Source: an uncultured bacterium
GTDB lineage: Bacteria > Abyssobacteria > SURF-5
Direction: 5' to 3'
Assembly (NCBI GenBank): GCA_964510165.1
Contig: CAZEBC010000105.1
Span: forward strand, 1 to 13,904
Length of the DNA: 13,904 nucleotides
The notes under the pieces were generated by a model. The model worked only from the letters and a program-made list of their open reading frames with translations, did no database searches and had not been told where the DNA came from. This document shows, piece by piece, positions 1-5,913 of this stretch (its first letter is position 1; each line of letters opens with the position of its first letter). The position numbers and the translations under genes were made by a program.

Positions 1-13
1 CAAGGGCCGCGAC

Positions 14-41
14 GGGCGGCCACACGGGGCCGCCCCTACAG
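14..41 (-). repeat. GTAG-tagged REP-like palindrome
   Basis: Minus strand reads CTGTAG-GGGCGGCC-CCGTGT-GGCCGCCC: a GTAG tag followed by an 8-bp GC stem. Same layout and CTGTAGGGGCG start as the copies at 9765 and 13129. Confidence 0.75.
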
Positions 42-297
42 TCTCGCCCCTATAAAGCACCCATCCGACCCAACTGTTATGTCGTGACATATCACCCTTG
101 AATGTCACATGCGAGCCACGGCTTCGGTCATTAGGCCCAACTCGGCAAGCAATTCTTTCCGCATGCGGGCAATTTTTTCTTGGGGTCTTCACTCCGGCTC
201 TGAGGCATCCGCCGAATGACAAAGTTTGTCAGATATAAGTAATTGTCATTGCTTATAGTAACGCGTTCCGACACCACCCGTGTCACACTTCTCTCTT

Positions 298-313
298 TGG
301 CACATCGCTTGCT
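298..313 (+). promoter_or_regulatory. sigma-54 (RpoN) -24/-12 promoter for the flgF operon
   Basis: TGGCAC-atcgc-TTGCT matches the TGGCAC-N5-TTGCW consensus and ends 44 nt upstream of the flgF ATG. Confidence 0.85.
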
Positions 314-357
314 CAAAAAAGCACGTTGAATCTCACCCTCGATTTTACAGGAGAGTC

Positions 358-1113
358 ATGCTCAAGGGAATGTATGCGGCGGCCTCCGGGATGATAGCCC
401 AGAGGGAGCGCCTCGACGCGATCGCGAATAACACCGCAAACGTGAGTACGGTGGCCTTCAAGAGGGTTATTCCGGTATCCCGCGGCTTCTATCAGGTGTT
501 TGCCCGCGAGATAACGAGGTTTCCGGGACAGCGAGGTTCGACTGAGATTCCGGGGGGCGGCTCCGCGCTCGACGCGGCCACGCTCGACTTTTCGCCCGGT
601 TCCATCAGCGACACGGGCAATCCATTTGATTTGGCGCTGGATGGCTCGGGCTTCTTCGTGGTTCAGACGCCGACGGGCGAGCGTTACACTCGGGCCGGAA
701 ACTTCACGCTGGATGCCGAAGGCCGCCTCGTGACCCAGAATGGACATGCGGTGTTGGGTCAAGAGGGGCCGATTATTGCGCGCGGGGAGAGCGCGCTCAT
801 TTCGCCGTCCGGCCAGGTGACAGTTAACGGCGCGCCCGTGGAGCAATTGCTGATTGTGGACTTTCCGCGCCCGTATCAGTTAACCGAGTACGGCCAGAAT
901 TATTACACGGCGACAGAGGAAGTTCGCCGGACAAGAACTGTGCTTGAACAGCCGCAGCTTCGAGTTGGCGCTCTGGAGCGCTCGAATGTCAACCCCATAG
1001 CCGAGCTTACCCAGCTCATGGATGCCGCCCGGAGCTACGAATCGCATCAGCGCATCGTGCAGGCGTTCGATGAGTCGCTCGACGCGGCGGTGAACGAGAT
1101 AGCGCGTGCCTGA
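358..1113 (+). CDS. flgF: flagellar basal-body rod protein FlgF
   Basis: N-terminus MLKGMYAAASGM...LDAIANNTANVST, TGNPFDLALDGSGFF, YTRAGNF and C-terminal LERSNVN are rod-protein motifs. It lies directly before flgG. Start moved from 280 to ATG 358 because of the AGGAG SD and because 280 lies upstream of the sigma-54 site. Confidence 0.9.
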   Translation: MLKGMYAAASGMIAQRERLDAIANNTANVSTVAFKRVIPVSRGFYQVFAREITRFPGQRGSTEIPGGGSALDAATLDFSPGSISDTGNPFDLALDGSGFFVVQTPTGERYTRAGNFTLDAEGRLVTQNGHAVLGQEGPIIARGESALISPSGQVTVNGAPVEQLLIVDFPRPYQLTEYGQNYYTATEEVRRTRTVLEQPQLRVGALERSNVNPIAELTQLMDAARSYESHQRIVQAFDESLDAAVNEIARA

Positions 1114-1137
1114 TAGATAGTAAAGGCGGAGGCGGGA

Positions 1138-1923
1138 ATGCAAAGATCCTTGTTTGTCGGGGCCACCGGAATGACGGCCCAGCAGTTGAGCCTCGATGTG
1201 ATTGCCAACAATCTTGCCAACGTGAATACGACGGCCTTCAAGCGAAGCCGGGTCGATTTCCAGGACTTGCTTTATCAAACGCTTCGCGCACCCGGGTCGG
1301 CCTCCTCGCAAGGTTTTGAGGTTCCGGCGGGAATTCAGCTTGGGCACGGCGTCAGCATCGCCGCGGTCACAAAAATCTTCTTGCAGGGGCCGTTTGCGCA
1401 GACGGGCAACGCGCTTGATCTCGCGATAGAGGGCGACGGCTTCTTCCAGATAACACTGCCCGACGGACAGATCGGGTACACGCGCGACGGCTCATTCACG
1501 CTCAATCGCGACGGCATCATCGTGACGGCTGACGGTTTTCCACTCGAACCCGAAATCACGATTCCCGAGGACTCGATCAACATCACCGTGGGCACGGACG
1601 GCACGGTATCCGTGACACTTTCGGACGGGACAATTGATGAAGTAGGCCAGATCGAATTGGCGCGGTTTATCAATCCGTCCGGGCTCCTGAGCCAGGGTCG
1701 CAACCTGTTCCGCGAGACGGAAAGCTCCGGCGATCCGATCCTCAGCCAGCCGGGAGAAGAAGGCGCCGGCACGCTCAGGCAGGGTTTTCTTGAGAGTTCC
1801 AACGTATCGGTGGTGGACGAGATCGTTCAGCTCATAATCACTCAGCGAGCATTTGAAGTCAATTCGACCGTGATACAGACCTCGGACGAAATGCTTCAAA
1901 CGGCCAACAACATGAAACAGTAA
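1138..1923 (+). CDS. flgG: flagellar distal rod protein FlgG
   Basis: 261 aa with ATGMTAQQ...IANNLANVNTTAFK, FQDLLYQT, GIQLGHGV, YTRDGSF, LESSNV and QRAFEVNS motifs; GGAGG SD. Confidence 0.97.
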   Translation: MQRSLFVGATGMTAQQLSLDVIANNLANVNTTAFKRSRVDFQDLLYQTLRAPGSASSQGFEVPAGIQLGHGVSIAAVTKIFLQGPFAQTGNALDLAIEGDGFFQITLPDGQIGYTRDGSFTLNRDGIIVTADGFPLEPEITIPEDSINITVGTDGTVSVTLSDGTIDEVGQIELARFINPSGLLSQGRNLFRETESSGDPILSQPGEEGAGTLRQGFLESSNVSVVDEIVQLIITQRAFEVNSTVIQTSDEMLQTANNMKQ

Positions 1924-1942
1924 ACTCCGTAGGGCGCATAGC

Positions 1943-2938
1943 ATGAATCGGACATTTTTTGCGGTATCGCTGATAATGGTAATTTCTTTCGTCTGCGTGA
2001 TACCGCAGTCGTTCGCGGCAACGATAACGCTCAAAGGCGAGACGAGCGTGGCGGCAGGGGTAGTGCGCCTGAGCGACATCGCATCCGTCGGCGGAACTGA
2101 ATCGGCCGACCAGCTTGAAGCGCTGCGCTCAGTCATCATCTGCGCCGCGCCAGCGCCGTCTGAATCGCACATATTGGGTGTGCGCGCCGTTGCGGCGGCG
2201 TTGCTGGCGTCGGGCGCCGACCTTTCCACGACCACCTTTGACGGAGCCACCGAGGTTCTTGTCAGTCGAGAGTATGACCTGATTGAGGCCGAGGAAATTC
2301 GGAAGGCCTTTGTCCAGTTCGTTTCGGCACAGACAGGGTGGGAAACAAGCTCATTTCTCGTGAAGCCTCCGAAGAACCTGGCGGCGGTCCCCGTCCCGTC
2401 CGGCGCAAAAGAGATTGTCTTTGAAACTGGGCCGGGTGAGGATTTCCAGGGAAGCGTGCTCGCGCATGTCTTGATTTCCATTGATAACGAACCATATCGC
2501 CGGTTGTCACACAGGTTCGACATCGAGCGATATGTGGAGGCGCTCGTCGCGGCTCGCAAGATACCGCGCGGGCAACCCATCAGCGAATCCGACATCAAAA
2601 TGGCGAGAGTCGAGCAATTGAGCGTCAGCGAGGAGTCGCTCACGGAAATAGATCAGGTAGTAGGACTGATGCCCGTTCGAACGATTCACCCCGGTGTCGT
2701 CCTGGATTCCAGCCTGCTGGCGACACCGCCGGTAATAGAGAAGGGGCAGTATGCGGCGGTTGTCTGGGAGGGAAACGGCTTCAATGTGATGACTCGGGGC
2801 CGCGTCCTTGAGGACGGCAGTGAAGACGAAATGGTTCGTGTGCGACTTCCGTCCAGAAAGATAGTGAGGGCGCGGGTCGTTGATTCCGGCAAAGTGGTGA
2901 TAGCCAACCAAGGAGAGGTTAATGCAGAACTCGAGTAG
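1943..2938 (+). CDS. flgA: flagellar P-ring assembly chaperone FlgA (long form)
   Basis: Signal peptide, N-terminal VRLSDIA motif, SAF-like region (VAARKIPRGQPISESDI) and C-terminal VRVR...IVRARVV; sits between flgG and flgH. Confidence 0.88.
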   Translation: MNRTFFAVSLIMVISFVCVIPQSFAATITLKGETSVAAGVVRLSDIASVGGTESADQLEALRSVIICAAPAPSESHILGVRAVAAALLASGADLSTTTFDGATEVLVSREYDLIEAEEIRKAFVQFVSAQTGWETSSFLVKPPKNLAAVPVPSGAKEIVFETGPGEDFQGSVLAHVLISIDNEPYRRLSHRFDIERYVEALVAARKIPRGQPISESDIKMARVEQLSVSEESLTEIDQVVGLMPVRTIHPGVVLDSSLLATPPVIEKGQYAAVVWEGNGFNVMTRGRVLEDGSEDEMVRVRLPSRKIVRARVVDSGKVVIANQGEVNAELE

Positions 2939-3080
2939 AAGGATGCAAAGGATCGTTATCCGGCTTAAGCAGGGTCATCAAGCCGCCAAACCGATACCGT
3001 ATAGGATATTCCTGGGAATTCGGCGCAAAGCGGCATTGCCGAACCCGTGTCTTTCGCTGAAGCTCGAGGAGGGAAAATGA
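2922..3080 (+). CDS. putative 52-aa basic small protein (not in ORF track)
   Basis: AGGAGAGG SD at 2911-2918, ATG at 2922, translation MQNSSRRMQRIVIRLKQGHQAAKPIPYRIFLGIRRKAALPNPCLSLKLEEGK. Its TGA overlaps the flgH ATG (ATGA). No family recognised. Confidence 0.45.
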   Translation: MQNSSRRMQRIVIRLKQGHQAAKPIPYRIFLGIRRKAALPNPCLSLKLEEGK

Positions 3081-3721
3081 GCCGGCTGGCGAGGTTGCTC
3101 TTCATGCTGCTCATGCTTGCCGTTGTTTCGGCGGCAAGTCCGGGAACGGCACTGGCCGATTCGGTCTGGAACGGGGCGGCCTCTCAACCGGCGTCCCTGT
3201 ACTCGACGACACGAGGGGAGTTCCACATCGGTGATATCTTGACTATTCTGATAGTGGAAGATATGAGGGCGACAAACGCGACGAATCTCGAGACCGACAA
3301 AGAGCGTGATTTCGAGGCGGGTGTTTCGGGCTTTGACGAGATATTCGGGTTCACGGAGATATTCGGCCGTTCGCTTTCGACCGATCCAAGGTTTGGCGTG
3401 CAGGCGGACAGTGAATTCGACGGGGAAGGCGCCTCGAGGCGGTCCTCGGTCATAACGGGCACGATATCAGGCAAAGTGACCGAGGTGTTACCTAACGGTA
3501 ATCTGCGGATAGAAGCAAGCCAGACGACCGTCATAAACGATGAGAAGAACAAGGTGATTCTTGTCGGGACGGTCCGCGGGCAGGACATCTCTCCCCAGAA
3601 CACGGTGTTGTCCACACAGGTGGCGAATGCAGAGATATTTTATAACGGAGTGGGACCATTGAGCACGGTGCAGAAGCGGGGCGTGCTGACCGAAGTTATC
3701 GAATTCATCTGGCCGTTCTGA
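3077..3721 (+). CDS. flgH: flagellar L-ring protein FlgH
   Basis: IGDILTILIVE, VTEVLPNGNLRIEA, GTVRGQDISPQNTVLSTQVANAEI and C-terminal WPF. Start at ATG 3077 behind GAGGAGG. Confidence 0.93.
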   Translation: MSRLARLLFMLLMLAVVSAASPGTALADSVWNGAASQPASLYSTTRGEFHIGDILTILIVEDMRATNATNLETDKERDFEAGVSGFDEIFGFTEIFGRSLSTDPRFGVQADSEFDGEGASRRSSVITGTISGKVTEVLPNGNLRIEASQTTVINDEKNKVILVGTVRGQDISPQNTVLSTQVANAEIFYNGVGPLSTVQKRGVLTEVIEFIWPF

Positions 3722-3740
3722 GCGTGGGGAGGAGGTTACA

Positions 3741-4793
3741 ATGAGGCTGAAACTGGCCGCCTTGGTCGTGTTTGCCCTCGCGGTTCTCATCCCGGCGACC
3801 GCCGAGCCCAGCCCGAGAATCAAGGACATCGCATTCGTTCACGGCGTGAGAAGCAACCAACTGGTAGGGTACGGGCTGGTGGCCGGACTTGACGGCACGG
3901 GCGACGGACGCCGCGTCCCGTTCACGAGGCAGATGCTCGCGAACTTGACGAACCAATTCGGCATAACGTTCGACCCGCGCCAGCTTCGCTCCGAAGACGT
4001 GGCGGCCGTCATGGTCACCGCCGAACTGCCGCCATATGCCAAGGAGGGCGCACACATTGACGCGCTCGTTTCAGCCCTTGGAGACGCGGAGAGCCTGCAC
4101 GGCGGGACTCTCCTGTTGACGCCGTTGCGGGGCGCCGACAATCAAATATATGCGCTTGCGCAGGGGCCGGTTTCGATCGGCGGTTTCGAGGCAGGCCGGA
4201 GGAGAACCGGCCAGCAAAAACATCTGACCGCGGGCTTCGTCCCTGGGGGCGCGATCGTGGAGAGAGAGGTTCCCTCAAGCATCTTTGTTGGTGAGAACCG
4301 GTTAATGCTCAATCTCATGAGGGCCGATTTTTCCACGGCGGTCCGGGTGGCCGACGCCATAAACATGCACTTTCATCAGGTCTGCGCCGAGGCGGTGGAC
4401 GGCGCATCCATCAGCATTCGGGTACCTTCCAAGTACGCCTCCGACAAGATTACATTCATAAGCGAGATGGAAACCATCCAGGTCCGGCCCGACATTCCTG
4501 CGCAGGTTGTGATCAACGAAAGGACAGGCACGGTCGTGGTCGGACAGGATGTCGTCATAACGCCGGTGGCCGTCTCCCATGGCGACATACGCATCGTCAT
4601 CGGCTCATCAGAGACCATGGCGGCGGCAGAATCGCAAGCAATGGAAGGCCACGTGGCCGAGATAGAAGGCGCGAACGTGGGAGAAGTCGCGGCGGCCCTT
4701 AACGCTCTGGGGGTGCTCCCGCAGGATATGATTGCGATATTCCAGGCGATCAAGAGCGCGGGCGCGCTTCAGGCGCAACTTAATCTCATGTGA
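3741..4793 (+). CDS. flgI: flagellar P-ring protein FlgI
   Basis: RIKDIA..GVRSNQLVGYGLVAGLDGTGD, AAVMVTAELPP, VVINERTGTVV and IAIFQAIKSAGALQA; GGAGG SD. Confidence 0.97.
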   Translation: MRLKLAALVVFALAVLIPATAEPSPRIKDIAFVHGVRSNQLVGYGLVAGLDGTGDGRRVPFTRQMLANLTNQFGITFDPRQLRSEDVAAVMVTAELPPYAKEGAHIDALVSALGDAESLHGGTLLLTPLRGADNQIYALAQGPVSIGGFEAGRRRTGQQKHLTAGFVPGGAIVEREVPSSIFVGENRLMLNLMRADFSTAVRVADAINMHFHQVCAEAVDGASISIRVPSKYASDKITFISEMETIQVRPDIPAQVVINERTGTVVVGQDVVITPVAVSHGDIRIVIGSSETMAAAESQAMEGHVAEIEGANVGEVAAALNALGVLPQDMIAIFQAIKSAGALQAQLNLM

Positions 4794-4811
4794 AAGAAAA
4801 GGGGGGATTAC

Positions 4812-5009
4812 ATGCAGGCACATAGCCGGAGAACCAAAACGAGGAAACGGACAAGCGCACCGCTTTGGTTATCTCGAATGGGGCAGCCACGACCCGAGCG
4901 GGCCAACTTCGAAAGGCCGCTCAGATACGGCAGTGAAAACCTGCCGCCCGATGGATCCCGTCGTTGGCGCGATACGTTGAGCGGACTCTCCTTCAGGGTT
5001 ATTGCTTGA
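4812..5009 (+). CDS. putative 65-aa Arg-rich small protein
   Basis: Purine-rich SD (AAGGGGGGA) just upstream of the ATG. Fills the flgI-flgJ gap, and its TGA overlaps the GAGG SD of flgJ. No family recognised. Confidence 0.35.
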   Translation: MQAHSRRTKTRKRTSAPLWLSRMGQPRPERANFERPLRYGSENLPPDGSRRWRDTLSGLSFRVIA

Positions 5010-5022
5010 GGCGCGGCACAGC

Positions 5023-5379
5023 ATGGACCGATTCGACCTCGCCGACTATTCGTTCCGGCATGCCGGCATAGGAGAAACCCAGGCCAGGCTGGAGTACCTG
5101 CGCTCTCCCAATGGGGATACCGACCCCGAACGCCTGCGAGCCGCCGCGCGAGAGATGGAAAGCTATTTCCTCCACATGCTGATCCGAGAAATGCGCAGGG
5201 CCATTCCCCCAAACCCCCTCATAAGCGGTGGCAGGGCCGAGGAGATATTCCAGGATTTTCTGGATGAGCAGATCGCCGCCGAGATGGCCCGCGCCAATCA
5301 ACTTGGCCTGGCCGACCTGATTTACAACAGTTTGGCAAATCTGCTAAAGACCAAGCCCGAAACTGCCGATAATCTCTAA
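5023..5379 (+). CDS. flgJ: FlgJ-like rod-binding/capping protein (no muramidase domain)
   Basis: LRAAAREMESYFLHMLIREMRR, EEIFQDFLDEQIAAEMA and LGLADLIY match the FlgJ N-terminal rod-binding domain. ATG 5023 (GAGG at 5008-5011) preferred over TTG 5002. Confidence 0.88.
   Translation: MDRFDLADYSFRHAGIGETQARLEYLRSPNGDTDPERLRAAAREMESYFLHMLIREMRRAIPPNPLISGGRAEEIFQDFLDEQIAAEMARANQLGLADLIYNSLANLLKTKPETADNL
5344..5372 (+). promoter_or_regulatory. sigma-28 (FliA/SigD) promoter internal to flgJ, upstream of flgN
   Basis: CTAAA (5344-5348), 16-nt spacer, GCCGATAA (5365-5372); consensus -35 and -10. Confidence 0.85.
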
Positions 5380-5398
5380 AGAAGGGATACACACCTCT

Positions 5399-5899
5399 AT
5401 GCAGAACATTGCCGAACAGATTGCCTCCATAATCGAGCAGCAGATTCAGAATTACCAGGCGCTCAAGAAGCTTGTGCTCGAGGAGCGGAAGGCGTTGATT
5501 GCGAATGACTTGAAGGCTCTCGCCGACACCACTGCCAGCATCCGCTCTCTGGTCGCCTCGAATAACCATCTGGAAACGGAGCGACTCGAACTCATCGGAG
5601 CGGCGGCCAAGAGCCTCGAAATCCCGAACGGCCGGCCTACCCTGCTCGACATCGCGGCCAAGCTCGGCGGCTTACGTTCCGAGCGGCTGCTCAAGCTGAG
5701 GCGGGCAGCGTCCGACGCCATCACAGATGTTCAACGACAGGCCCGCATCAATGAAGAAATGATGAAATATTCCGCCAACCTGCTGGATTCGGTGCTAAAA
5801 CACCTGGTGGAGCCGCATCCGCGGGAGGCAACTTACAGCAGCACGGGCCGGACAACCCGCCCGGGCGCACAGGCCGCGTTGCTGGACCATCACGTCTGA
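5399..5899 (+). CDS. flgN: flagellar export chaperone FlgN
   Basis: 166-aa helical protein with EERKALIANDLKAL, TLLDIAAKL, INEEMMKYS and C-terminal TYSSTG motif; directly upstream of flgK. Confidence 0.88.
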   Translation: MQNIAEQIASIIEQQIQNYQALKKLVLEERKALIANDLKALADTTASIRSLVASNNHLETERLELIGAAAKSLEIPNGRPTLLDIAAKLGGLRSERLLKLRRAASDAITDVQRQARINEEMMKYSANLLDSVLKHLVEPHPREATYSSTGRTTRPGAQAALLDHHV

Positions 5900-5913
5900 T
5901 TCAGGAGAACCCA

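Noticed and set aside
40..49. 10-mer AGTCTCGCCC shared with 13071-13080, both near REPs
   Set aside because: Too short to distinguish from chance or REP decay.
280..357. N-terminal extensions given by the ORF track (flgF from 280; also fliW from 9758, csrA from 10209, zinc-ribbon from 12812)
   Set aside because: They run through promoters, REPs or upstream genes; the downstream ATGs match family N-termini and/or have SD sequences.
1492..2643. 383-aa minus-strand ORF
   Set aside because: Antisense shadow of flgG/flgA with no recognisable motifs.
2964..2997. Possible sigma-28 promoter (TAAG/TCAAG ... ACCGATAC) before flgH
   Set aside because: The candidate -35 elements are about 20 or 7-8 nt from the -10, not 15-16.
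2984..3040. Resemblance to a c-di-GMP-I riboswitch (CAAACC...GG-CGCAAAGC...TTGCC)
   Set aside because: No GNRA-capped stem, no GGGAC/GAC before GCAAAGC, and no room for the second stem with its tetraloop receptor. An Rfam c-di-GMP-I scan would settle it.
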